From: Promethearchaeota archaeon
GTDB taxonomy: Archaea; Asgardarchaeota; Lokiarchaeia; Sigyniarchaeales; SOKP01
Assembly (NCBI GenBank): GCA_019058365.1
Contig: JAHPZE010000008.1
Location: 32,001-96,000 of the forward strand
Length of the DNA stretch: 64,000 bases
Reading direction: 5' to 3'
A program made the translations under genes and the position numbers. The notes below the pieces were generated by a model. It saw only the letters and a program-made list of their open reading frames with translations, did not search any database and had not been told where the DNA came from. Numbering within the stretch: position 1 is the stretch's first letter; the number at the start of each line of letters is the position of its first letter. Positions 1 through 9,258 of this stretch are shown piece by piece.

Positions 1-200
1 ACATCAGAAAATCGCTGATTGTTTTTAACTGGATCATATATATCACATACTTGGCAAACATAAGCTCGAGTGCCCAAAGTTAATTCTCTAGCAGGACAAT
101 AACATAAAGCTTGGAGACTTGTGCTTATATTACCTTTTGGTTCAAGATGTTTACACGCAATTTTCCTTGAATATTTAATTTTCTGTTTACGTCGTGGCAT
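1..200 (-). CDS. Cys-containing hypothetical protein, partial (runs off left end)
   Basis: ATG at 200, open frame MPRRKQKIKYSRKIACKHL...CYCPAREL...CQVCDIY to the window edge; absent from the ORF track because it has no stop in the window. Confidence 0.6.
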   Translation of the reverse strand, partial: MPRRKQKIKYSRKIACKHLEPKGNISTSLQALCYCPARELTLGTRAYVCQVCDIYDPVKNNQRFSD

Positions 201-304
201 ATGCTGAGATCACTAAAAGAAGTATGCTAGATAATTATTCTTAAAATATAATTTTTTTGGATTGCATTTAATAAAATAAAATTTTTGGAAATATAGAATG
301 AAAT

Positions 305-1915
305 TTAAAAATTATAATGTAGGTTTTTGAGATCATTCACAATTTTATTTTTCAATTCAACGTTTTCGAGGTTTGGTAATAGTTCTTCGACAATATCTCT
401 TAACTCCATAACTTTTTGGACAAGTAATTCTGCTTTATTCCAAAAGGATGTTCTTAATGGATGCATTTTTAAAATAGCTTTATTAAAATTCTCAATTGCT
501 GCTCTATAAAATAAACAAGCATTTTCTAGTTTATTAAGCCTTGATTGATAAATTGTACCAATTTTGTTAAAACACATTCCTGCACCAGCAAAATCTCCTT
601 CTTTTTCAAAAATTATTGCAGCATCTTGAATTTTATTTAAAGCTTCCTCTAAAACATCGTTATCAGCTCTCTTCAATAACAGATATCCTTTAGTATAATG
701 TGCTATTCCCAGATAAAAACGGTGATTTTGTTTCTTAGCAAGTTTATAAAGTTCATCTGTAAATTCGTCAGCTAAAATGAGATGTTCATTTGATATACAC
801 ATATGTGAAACAATTCTTAATAAATCTAAAACTCTATCAAAATCTTTAATCTCTTTATACTTGTTAATACCTTGTCTAAGTTTTTCAATTCCAGCAAATG
901 AATCTTTCTGTTCAAAAGCTTGGTTTCCTTCATAAATCAATTGTTCTGCTACTTCTTTTAATTTTATCTCTTTCTGCTTTTTCTTCGCATCTATTTCACC
1001 GTAAAAGAAATCATCCACACCGAATGCTATATCTTCTGTCATAGGAATTTCAGTTAAGAACTCTTTATTTGAAATACTACTAAGTTCATCGTCAAAGTGA
1101 ATTGATTCTTTAGCTTCTTGTTCTGATGATACTAATGTATTTTCTGGTGGTTTTTTATCTTCTCCATAAGCAGATTGCAATGGTTTTCCTTCTGTAACTA
1201 ATGCTGATAGTTCTGATAACACATTTGCGAAAAAATATTTGTTTAATCCATCTACAACATAATCCACTTTGTGATAATTCGTATCATACTGAGGATCATT
1301 AATGTCCATAGTAACATCAGTTATTCGATAAATTTCAAAACCAGTATCATATTTAGTCATTGCATATTCAGAACCATCTTCATTTTTTATAATTTCCTGT
1401 TTTTTCTTTCCTAATAGTGTGTGATCGAATACTAACCCACAAAAATCATTGTTGTTTTGCTGAAAACCTAATTGGTTAAGTAAATCTATGTAAGAAAAGA
1501 ATAAGTTTAATCCAGGATGACTATGGAACCATCCAACCATATAATATCCTTTTCCTTCCTTATCGAGCGTTTCCTGAATATTTTCAATAAATCCATAATG
1601 TCTCTCATCTAATTGCACATCTGTGGCATGACCAAACGTTAGGGCCTCAGCTCGCTCTACATATACTAATTCTTCGTCAGAAGTTCCAATTAAAATCCCA
1701 TAGATCTCCTTCCATTGCTCTGGAGGAATTGATTTATTTGCATAACGACCTGCATATAAAATTATAGTTTTATAAGCATCTGCTCTGATAACTATTGATT
1801 TACTGATTTTTTCTATATGCTTTTCTTCTTTAGTATCTTCATTTTCTAAATTAGATTCCGTATTTTCATTTCCTGAATTATTGTTATTATCGGGTTTTTT
1901 GAATTTCTCTGACAT
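305..1915 (-). CDS. MPN+/JAMM metalloisopeptidase (Rpn11/CSN5-like) fused to C-terminal TPR-like helical repeats
   Basis: EIYGILIG...VGWFHSHPGLNLFFSYID = intact E-HxH-x7-S-x2-D JAMM motif; the C-terminal ~220 aa has TPR/SNAP-like repeats (AGMCFNKIGTIY, ACLFYRAAIENF). Confidence 0.85.
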   Translation of the reverse strand: MSEKFKKPDNNNNSGNENTESNLENEDTKEEKHIEKISKSIVIRADAYKTIILYAGRYANKSIPPEQWKEIYGILIGTSDEELVYVERAEALTFGHATDVQLDERHYGFIENIQETLDKEGKGYYMVGWFHSHPGLNLFFSYIDLLNQLGFQQNNNDFCGLVFDHTLLGKKKQEIIKNEDGSEYAMTKYDTGFEIYRITDVTMDINDPQYDTNYHKVDYVVDGLNKYFFANVLSELSALVTEGKPLQSAYGEDKKPPENTLVSSEQEAKESIHFDDELSSISNKEFLTEIPMTEDIAFGVDDFFYGEIDAKKKQKEIKLKEVAEQLIYEGNQAFEQKDSFAGIEKLRQGINKYKEIKDFDRVLDLLRIVSHMCISNEHLILADEFTDELYKLAKKQNHRFYLGIAHYTKGYLLLKRADNDVLEEALNKIQDAAIIFEKEGDFAGAGMCFNKIGTIYQSRLNKLENACLFYRAAIENFNKAILKMHPLRTSFWNKAELLVQKVMELRDIVEELLPNLENVELKNKIVNDLKNLHYNF

Positions 1916-2181
1916 ATCAACTTTTCCTAATTTATTAATTAGTTCTAAAAAAGTAATAAGTATATACTTAATTAAAATTATGTATGATTAGTTCATAATA
2001 AGTAGTTTTATCACATTATAAAAGACTTCTAATAAAAGAATAGAAAAAGCTCATAATTTTTTTAAAAAAACTCAATCTGATCCTTAATAAGAATATTTTA
2101 TGTGGAGATTTTTCGAATAATTAATTACCCGATCCACCGTGAATAATCCAAGAAGAAAGATAAAAAAAAAAGTTAATTTAA

Positions 2182-2233
2182 TTTTTTGATATTGATTTTA
2201 AAATTTTAAGTTTTTTTTCTTAAAGTGCCTGAA
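2182..2233. repeat. Copy 1 of a ~52-bp imperfect direct repeat (3' end of the SBP gene)
   Basis: ttttttgatattgatttt...tttttttct...gtgcctgaa matches 4900-4951. Confidence 0.75.
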
Positions 2234-4723
2234 AACCAGAATGATGGATATCAGTCCAATTATTGGCATGAGTAAGAATCCATTGTATCCTGGAATAAAG
2301 TCTAATCCATTACTTTCTTCAAGTAAAACAGTGACACTAACACAATTGGATAATGTATACCCATGCTTATTATAAGCTGCAATAATGTAATAGTAGGTTC
2401 CATCCGACAGTCCGGTAATATGGTATGGTGAGGTTGCATTTTGATAGGAAAGTGGCGTTTGGCTGTAATCAAGGACAGTAATAAAACTATTAGATGTATA
2501 CACCGTATAATTATCTGCTCCTTGAGAACTGGTCCATAATAATTTGAAATATCCATCAGGATCAGGTGTATCAGCGTCGGATAACAACGTAAATGGTTTT
2601 GGAATTTCTCCTACAACAGTAACATTAATACAATTGCATAATGTGTACCCATACTCGTTATATGCTGCAACAATATAATAGTAAGTTCCATCCGACAATC
2701 CGGTAATAGAGTATGGTGAGGTTGCGTTCTGATCAGCAATAAGAGTAAGACCTCCGTTGATATCAGTAATATAACTATTAGATGTAAACACCGAATAATT
2801 ATCTGCTCCTTGAGAACTGGTCCATATTAAGTTGAAATTTCCATCAAGATCAGGACTATCTGCATCAGAATCCAAATTGAAATTATTGGGTGCCCATTCT
2901 ATTGAATAGAAATCAAGTATTCCCATCACATTATAAGAAAAGTTTTCTAATTCTGCCTTATGAACTTGTTGTACTAAGTACACCCAACCTGAGATATGAA
3001 CATGACTAGCTGGATTTAATGGGCGGTTTACGTCATAAATTAATGATTGGAACTTCATGTAATAGTCTAATTGTGTTGAATAATCAGTCTCGATTGCGGC
3101 TGCATCCATCAATTCAGTTAAACCGCCAGTACTAGTATCGTTAATTCGTGAGAAACATGCACCAGAATCTAAGTTAAATAATGGATCAATCATAGCAAAT
3201 GGATTTAAGTAATCTGGGCACCATCCTATATATCCAATATCCATCTCCCAAGGAGTTTGTTCACCAGTGTCTAAATAATCACCCCAATCTCTTATAGTTT
3301 CTGTAGTCTGAATTCCAATTAAATCAAAGTTGCTTGCCATTAATTGATTTAATCGTAGATTGGTGTTACTTCCAAAGTGCCTGTTTACTTCAAGATTTCT
3401 TCCAAGGATGTTTTGACCTGTCCAATCACCATCAGTATTGACATCAAATCCAGAAATATCGATCCCGCCACGAGCAATAATATCAGCAGCGTTATCTTTC
3501 AAAAGTTGTCTTGTTTTTACGATATTGGCTTCCCATGTGAAACTATCATCACTAGCTTGTATAACTGATGCATTATATCCTGGCATAGCTCGAGGAACTG
3601 CGGTAGTTCCCTCAACAGCATACCCAGCTTGAATTTCTTCATAAATATATGTATAGTTAATTGCTAATGCAAGAGCTCGTCTTAAGTATGCAGGATTTTT
3701 CTGATATTGAGGATTACCTGGTACAATCATAGAACCAGCAGTATCTCTTGGACCACAGTAAATTTCTAAATAGAAATAACAGAGATCTTCACCAACATCT
3801 TCCACATGAAAGGCTGGATCGGCTCTGAACGTATCGATATATGTTTTTGTGACACCACCAATATAATCAAATAGTCCAGCTAACCCGGCAGTCATTCTTG
3901 TTGTATCATCTTCAATGATCGTCCAAATCATCTCTTTAATTCTAGCTTCTCCTCGCCAATAGTTACTAAACGCATGGAATAGTATCTCAACATCCAATAC
4001 AAAGCTATCAAATTCGAAAGGACCTGTACCAATTAAATCATCAGTTGCTAAATCGAGATATCTATATCTAGGCGTAGACTCAGGTGATAAAATATGTGTG
4101 GCTCCAAAACAGAGTAAATCTAATAACGCACCAAATGGTTTACTTAAAATTATTGTAAATTCATAAGGATCTATATTATCATCCGCAATAAATGAATCAA
4201 AGATAGGAGTACCGTCAACATGAAAAAATACTGAGCTTGGAAATGCTTGTGTGGTATTACCAGGAAGAGCACCTGTGGCATTAATAAAATATTGTACTCT
4301 TTCAAAATTCCATTTCACATCTTCAGCAGTCATGATTGTTCCATCCTGGAATTGCACACCTTGTCTTAATGTAAACGTGATTTGAGTATTACTATCCCAA
4401 ACCCATGATTCAGCAAGCATAGGCTTTATTGCAAAACTAGAATGATTGGAGTAATCGTACTCAACTAACCCCTCTATAACTTGGTATTGTACATTTTTTG
4501 ATGAGATATCCCACGTATCAACAGGGTCAAGTACTGAAGGATTCCTCGCATAAGCCACTTTAAATGGAATATTTACAGTGGAAGAAGGATTTGGATATGG
4601 TTCTATCGATTTTATACTACTTCCATTATTCTCATTCTGGTAATTTAAAATAATTGAATAAGCAATAATTGAGGTAGAAAATATAATTAAAAGAAGTAAA
4701 AAACCTCTAAACTCTTTTTTCAT
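2198..4723 (-). CDS. ABC-type family 5 (peptide/nickel) substrate-binding protein with two FN3-like repeats and a C-terminal Loki-CTERM-type anchor
   Basis: LDP...EGLV...PMLAESW, FTLRQGVQFQDGT, GTGPF and LRRALALAIN are SBP_5 motifs; N-terminal signal/TM; ends IPGY-hydrophobic helix-RHFKKK. Confidence 0.85.
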   Translation of the reverse strand: MKKEFRGFLLLLIIFSTSIIAYSIILNYQNENNGSSIKSIEPYPNPSSTVNIPFKVAYARNPSVLDPVDTWDISSKNVQYQVIEGLVEYDYSNHSSFAIKPMLAESWVWDSNTQITFTLRQGVQFQDGTIMTAEDVKWNFERVQYFINATGALPGNTTQAFPSSVFFHVDGTPIFDSFIADDNIDPYEFTIILSKPFGALLDLLCFGATHILSPESTPRYRYLDLATDDLIGTGPFEFDSFVLDVEILFHAFSNYWRGEARIKEMIWTIIEDDTTRMTAGLAGLFDYIGGVTKTYIDTFRADPAFHVEDVGEDLCYFYLEIYCGPRDTAGSMIVPGNPQYQKNPAYLRRALALAINYTYIYEEIQAGYAVEGTTAVPRAMPGYNASVIQASDDSFTWEANIVKTRQLLKDNAADIIARGGIDISGFDVNTDGDWTGQNILGRNLEVNRHFGSNTNLRLNQLMASNFDLIGIQTTETIRDWGDYLDTGEQTPWEMDIGYIGWCPDYLNPFAMIDPLFNLDSGACFSRINDTSTGGLTELMDAAAIETDYSTQLDYYMKFQSLIYDVNRPLNPASHVHISGWVYLVQQVHKAELENFSYNVMGILDFYSIEWAPNNFNLDSDADSPDLDGNFNLIWTSSQGADNYSVFTSNSYITDINGGLTLIADQNATSPYSITGLSDGTYYYIVAAYNEYGYTLCNCINVTVVGEIPKPFTLLSDADTPDPDGYFKLLWTSSQGADNYTVYTSNSFITVLDYSQTPLSYQNATSPYHITGLSDGTYYYIIAAYNKHGYTLSNCVSVTVLLEESNGLDFIPGYNGFLLMPIIGLISIILVFRHFKKKNLKF
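2325..2889 (-). repeat. Two tandem ~95-aa FN3-like repeats inside the SBP gene (boundaries approximate)
   Basis: WTSSQGADNY...QNATSPY.ITGLSDGTYYYI.AAYN..GYTL.NC..VTV occurs twice; DNA ataattatctgctccttgagaactggtccata is also duplicated. Confidence 0.9.
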
Positions 4724-4899
4724 TTTATTTCGCTCTTACTGATTGTTTTTATATAAATTTATCAAACAAATGATAAGTTTATTAATAGAATACTATGCTA
4801 TTATATATATTTTTCCGTGAGCATTTTTCTGACAATTAGAACACTATCTGGCTTGAATTCTCCAAATTAAAAGATTTGAACAATACTTCTTTCTTTGTA

Positions 4900-4951
4900 T
4901 TTTTTGATATTGATTTTTATGATTTTAGATTTTTTTCTTCAGGTGCCTGAA
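4900..4951. repeat. Copy 2 of the ~52-bp imperfect direct repeat (3' end of comE)
   Basis: Matches 2182-2233; the copies encode FRHLKKKI* and FRHFKKKNLKF*. Confidence 0.75.
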
Positions 4952-5503
4952 GTTCCGCATTGCCTTGCAAAATCGAGTTTTAATCTCCTCAGGAAGTAAA
5001 GGGATGTTGCTTACGTGAGCATTACCGGGTTGAGTTCTAATGAGTACAAAATGGTATCCAGTACCCAAGTTTTTTAGGTTTTGAATTATATCTTTTTCTT
5101 TGTCGATAATAGTAATTGATTCAAATCCAGCTCCTTTTGCGATGATATCTAATTTTGTCTTACCATTTGTATAAGTTTTTTGATCACCAGTAGATCCATA
5201 AGAAGAATTATCTATAACTATGAGAGTTAGATTATTTGGGCTATTATTGGCTATTGTACTGAGACTTCCGAGATTCATTAGTAAGGAACCATCTCCATCA
5301 ATGCACCAAATTGTTTGTTTAGGTTGAGCGAGAGCAACTCCTAGTGCTATAGAGCTAACTAGCCCCATAGAGCCTAACATATAAAAATTTGAGTCTCTAT
5401 CGGAGATGTTATACAATTCTCGTGAGGGAGCACCAAGATTGCATACGATGAATTCATTAGTCAACGACTCCACAATCTTTTTTAAAGCGTCATATCTTTT
5501 CAT
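4925..5503 (-). CDS. comE: Sulfopyruvate decarboxylase beta subunit (ThDP-binding)
   Basis: NFYMLGSMG, IDGDGSLLMNLG...DN ThDP motif, YGSTGDQ; adjacent to the alpha subunit. Confidence 0.85.
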   Translation of the reverse strand: MKRYDALKKIVESLTNEFIVCNLGAPSRELYNISDRDSNFYMLGSMGLVSSIALGVALAQPKQTIWCIDGDGSLLMNLGSLSTIANNSPNNLTLIVIDNSSYGSTGDQKTYTNGKTKLDIIAKGAGFESITIIDKEKDIIQNLKNLGTGYHFVLIRTQPGNAHVSNIPLLPEEIKTRFCKAMRNFRHLKKKI

Positions 5504-5504
5504 A

Positions 5505-5999
5505 TTATTTCCTCCATAATTGCCTTTTTAGAAGAATTCCCACTGATTGGTTGGATTTCTTACTAAATTCAACAGCTGTTTTGATTTCTTTTATTTTTTC
5601 TACTGAATCAATAATGAATTTTTTAATATTTAATATATCTAAAAGACTTGGAGTAAGCTGACCCATTGGAATTTGTGCGATTATTTTTTCTCCCTCGGCG
5701 CCTCTATGACTCATTATAAAAACAACTGGAATTTTATATAATTGTAGTAATGATTTTATAGCATTTACTGAATTGCCTAAGCCTGAATTCTGTATCAACA
5801 ATGCCGGAGTTCGTCCACCCAAGTAGGCACCTGCAGCAATTCCTATTCCTTCTTCTTCACGAGTTATTGGAATATTTTGAATCTCGTGTCTATCATCAAT
5901 TTCTTCTAAAAGTCCCTTTAGTAAAATACAAGGTAATGATAAAATTAAATTTATTCCAGAATCTTTAATCATTTCATATAATGTGATATCAACATTCAT
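5505..5999 (-). CDS. comD: Sulfopyruvate decarboxylase alpha subunit
   Basis: LPC, TREEEGIGIAAGAYLGG, IQNSGLGNS, SHRG..GE...AQ. Confidence 0.85.
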   Translation of the reverse strand: MNVDITLYEMIKDSGINLILSLPCILLKGLLEEIDDRHEIQNIPITREEEGIGIAAGAYLGGRTPALLIQNSGLGNSVNAIKSLLQLYKIPVVFIMSHRGAEGEKIIAQIPMGQLTPSLLDILNIKKFIIDSVEKIKEIKTAVEFSKKSNQSVGILLKRQLWRK

Positions 6000-6221
6000 A
6001 GCTCTAAGGTTTTTCGATAAATGTTATTATAAATGTAATTACAAAAATGAATTATAAAATCTTTAAAATATTATAATAGTTCTCTTGAATAAAATTATCT
6101 CAATTATTAGATTTAGTTTTAATTAATTAACACTTTTCAAGGAAATTATTTTTATTATTAAATAAACATCTTTAATTATTAAAAGTTTAATTGTTTATAT
6201 CATATCTAGTGAATACGGATT

Positions 6222-7481
6222 ATGAAAGCACTCGTATTTAATTACAAACTTTACAGATTAGCATTATCTAAAATATTGGGAACAGTTTATCTAAAAGGAT
6301 ATCTTTCTAAACTTGGAGCAGTACGATTGAAAGAAGTTTCTTTTCCAAAGCTTAAAAGTAACAACTGGTTGATTGTGAAGACGAAATATTGTGGGATATG
6401 CGGTTCTGATCAGAAACAAATCTTTCTTGATGGAAACATTGATAATCCAATAACTGCTTTACTTTCATGGCCTCAAACTTTAGGACATGAAGCTGTTGGG
6501 ATTGTCGATAAAGTCGGAAAATCATCAAATTTAAAGCCAGGTGATAGAGTTGCTTTAAATCCATGGATAAGTTGCGAACCGCGAGAAATTAAACCGATTT
6601 GTAGTGCGTGTGAAGATGGAAATAAATATCTTTGTAGAAATTTTACAAAAGGTATTCTCACTCCTGGAATTCATTCAGGTACTAGTAGGGATGCTACAGG
6701 GGGCTTTGCAGAATTTTTCCCGGCGCATGAAACTATGGCAATAAAAATTCCTGATTCCGTGTCATGGGAGCAAGCTGTTCTATCAGATCCTTTTTCAGTG
6801 GTGCTTCATTCTATATTAAAAGTTGAACTTAGAGAAGGATCGATTTGTGGGGTTTATGGTTGTGGAAATCTTGGGCTACTAACAATTCAATTCTTAAAGA
6901 GTATTTATGAAGATATAACTGTAATTGCTATTGCTAGATTTCCACATCAAATAGAAATGGCAAAAAAATTTGGTGCAGATCTTGTAATCAAATCATCTCC
7001 TCCAAGCAGAGTCATCGAAAGTGTTGGAGACTACTTAAATTGTGATATTTATTATTTAAAAAAAAATAAGCCTTGGTTATTAGAAGGAATTGATTTTTTA
7101 TTTGATACTGTTGCATCTGCAGAAACATTAGAAACAGGTTTACGTATCGTAAAATCAAGATTAGTAGATTTTAAGAATAATAAGGAGAGATCCGGAGTAA
7201 CTGTATTAACAGGAGTCCATGTTCCTAAGAGGTTTGAATGGACCCCATGGTATTTTAAAGAGATAAATATTATTGGTAGTAATGCCTTTGCAATAGAAAA
7301 TTTTGAGGGTACTCGAGAGCATGCATATTATCATTATTTTCGATTATTAGAAGAGGGAAGAATTGATCCAACACCAATAATTTCACATAAATTTCTCTTA
7401 AAAGATTATAAAAAAGCGTTTGTAACTGCAAGAAATCAAGAGAAATTTAAATCTATTAAAGTTAAATTTTATTTTGATTAA
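6222..7481 (+). CDS. Zinc-dependent alcohol dehydrogenase (MDR family)
   Basis: CGICGSD, GHE, structural-Zn Cys cluster, GxGxxG (YGCGNLG). Confidence 0.9.
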   Translation: MKALVFNYKLYRLALSKILGTVYLKGYLSKLGAVRLKEVSFPKLKSNNWLIVKTKYCGICGSDQKQIFLDGNIDNPITALLSWPQTLGHEAVGIVDKVGKSSNLKPGDRVALNPWISCEPREIKPICSACEDGNKYLCRNFTKGILTPGIHSGTSRDATGGFAEFFPAHETMAIKIPDSVSWEQAVLSDPFSVVLHSILKVELREGSICGVYGCGNLGLLTIQFLKSIYEDITVIAIARFPHQIEMAKKFGADLVIKSSPPSRVIESVGDYLNCDIYYLKKNKPWLLEGIDFLFDTVASAETLETGLRIVKSRLVDFKNNKERSGVTVLTGVHVPKRFEWTPWYFKEINIIGSNAFAIENFEGTREHAYYHYFRLLEEGRIDPTPIISHKFLLKDYKKAFVTARNQEKFKSIKVKFYFD

Positions 7482-7501
7482 AAATCGGAGTATAAATTCA
7501 T

Positions 7502-8764
7502 ATGAATTCAAAAAAGGAAAAGAGTTTCATCCCTGCATTAATATTCGAATTAAAAAAATTCAAGTTATTAAAGTCATTTATCAGAGGAAAAATAAATCCT
7601 AAAGGGTTTTGGAAATCGGGAGGACCAGTATCTCTAAAAAATATTCCATATCCAAAATTAATTGCAGAAGACTGGGTTATTGTTAAAACCGTTTTTTGTG
7701 GAATTTGTGGTAGTGACATGACTGAATTAAAACTTAAGGGGTCACTTGATAATCCTATACGTTCTTTTATTTCTTTTCCTCAGATAATGGGACATGAACC
7801 TGTCGGTATTATAGAAAGCGTTGGGCTTAAAGTTAAAAAGTTTAAAAAGGGAGATCGCGTGGTAATCACTCCGTGGTTTTCATGCATTCCTCGAGGAATC
7901 GTACCCATATGCTCAAGATGTTCTTTAGGTGATTTTAAACATTGTCAAAATTTCCAGAAGGGAAATCTTCCAGTAGGAATGCATTTAGGTGTTACAAGTG
8001 GATATGGAGGGTTTAGTCCATACATATCAGTTCATGAATCTCAATGTTTTTTGATACCAGAAAAAATATCATTTGAACAAGCAGTTTTAGCAGATCCTTT
8101 TTCTGTTTCTTTTCATTCCCTATTATTGCTAAATCCTAACCCTGACTCTCAAATTCTTGTTTATGGTTTAGGTATTATAGGTTTGCTTACAATACTTTCT
8201 TTAAAGAACATTTTTAGAGTAAAACATATAATAGGGATTGGACGATATCAATTTCAGAGAGAATTAGCTACAAAATTAGGAGCTGACCATGTTTTTTTAA
8301 GCTCAGGTGATTTATTAATTGAAGAAATAGCTGCATATAACAATGTTGAATTATATACACCTAAAAGGGGTCTTAAATGGACATTAGATGGCGTGAATGG
8401 GATAGTTGACACTATCGCTTCAGCAGAGACTTTTGAAATTGGAGAGAGAATACTTTGCACTCAAGGCAAATTAGTGTTTTTAGGTGCAAGTCCTCCAAAA
8501 AGGTTTGAAAATACTCTTCATTATTTTAAAGAACTCGAAGTTGTTGGTTCAAATGCATTTGGTATAGAAATATTCCGTGATAAATCGTTGCATGCATTTC
8601 AGCATTATTTAAATTTTTTATCAGAAGAATTAATAGATCCTCAGATGCTAGTTACCCATAAATTTCCACTTAATGCTTACAAGGATGCATTTGATACATT
8701 AGCTATTAAATCTGAATCTCATGCTGTCAAAGTTGTATTCAAGTTCTTAAATTCAAAAGCTTAA
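7502..8764 (+). CDS. Zinc-dependent alcohol dehydrogenase (MDR family), tandem paralogue
   Basis: CGICGSD, GHE, Cys cluster, YGLGIIG; clearly collinear with the upstream gene. Confidence 0.9.
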   Translation: MNSKKEKSFIPALIFELKKFKLLKSFIRGKINPKGFWKSGGPVSLKNIPYPKLIAEDWVIVKTVFCGICGSDMTELKLKGSLDNPIRSFISFPQIMGHEPVGIIESVGLKVKKFKKGDRVVITPWFSCIPRGIVPICSRCSLGDFKHCQNFQKGNLPVGMHLGVTSGYGGFSPYISVHESQCFLIPEKISFEQAVLADPFSVSFHSLLLLNPNPDSQILVYGLGIIGLLTILSLKNIFRVKHIIGIGRYQFQRELATKLGADHVFLSSGDLLIEEIAAYNNVELYTPKRGLKWTLDGVNGIVDTIASAETFEIGERILCTQGKLVFLGASPPKRFENTLHYFKELEVVGSNAFGIEIFRDKSLHAFQHYLNFLSEELIDPQMLVTHKFPLNAYKDAFDTLAIKSESHAVKVVFKFLNSKA

Positions 8765-8858
8765 TAAAATATTCATTACTGGACAATAATTTAAGATATT
8801 ATATTTACAGAAACTTTAAGTAAATATAATAATTAATAATTTTGATTCAATTAAATCG

Positions 8859-9251
8859 TTGAAGGTGATTAATATAGTTCTTGAATTAATTGCTTCATTA
8901 TATACAATTATAATAGGAATCACAATGCTCGGTATGTGGTTTCTTTTATTAATAAAGAGAGAAGTACCAGACCTTAAAACCAAACCAACTCAAATATTTT
9001 TTCACTTAGTTGCTGAATTTCTTACAGCTGTTATGCTAATAATCGGAGGAATTGGATTTATAATGAATCAACCTTGGGGTATGGCTATATTCTTTATAGC
9101 TATTGGAATGGTAATCTATTCTACGATAAACGCAGCAGGATTTTATGGGCAATTAAAAGATTGGCCCATGTTTATTATATTAATAGTGTTTACCATTTTT
9201 TCTCTTTTAATTACATCTATGATATTACTTATTGAATTCCATATATTATGA
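8859..9251 (+). CDS. Small 4-TM membrane protein
   Basis: Four hydrophobic segments; FHLVAEFLTA motif; start uncertain. Confidence 0.75.
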   Translation: MKVINIVLELIASLYTIIIGITMLGMWFLLLIKREVPDLKTKPTQIFFHLVAEFLTAVMLIIGGIGFIMNQPWGMAIFFIAIGMVIYSTINAAGFYGQLKDWPMFIILIVFTIFSLLITSMILLIEFHIL

Positions 9252-9258
9252 TAAAAAC

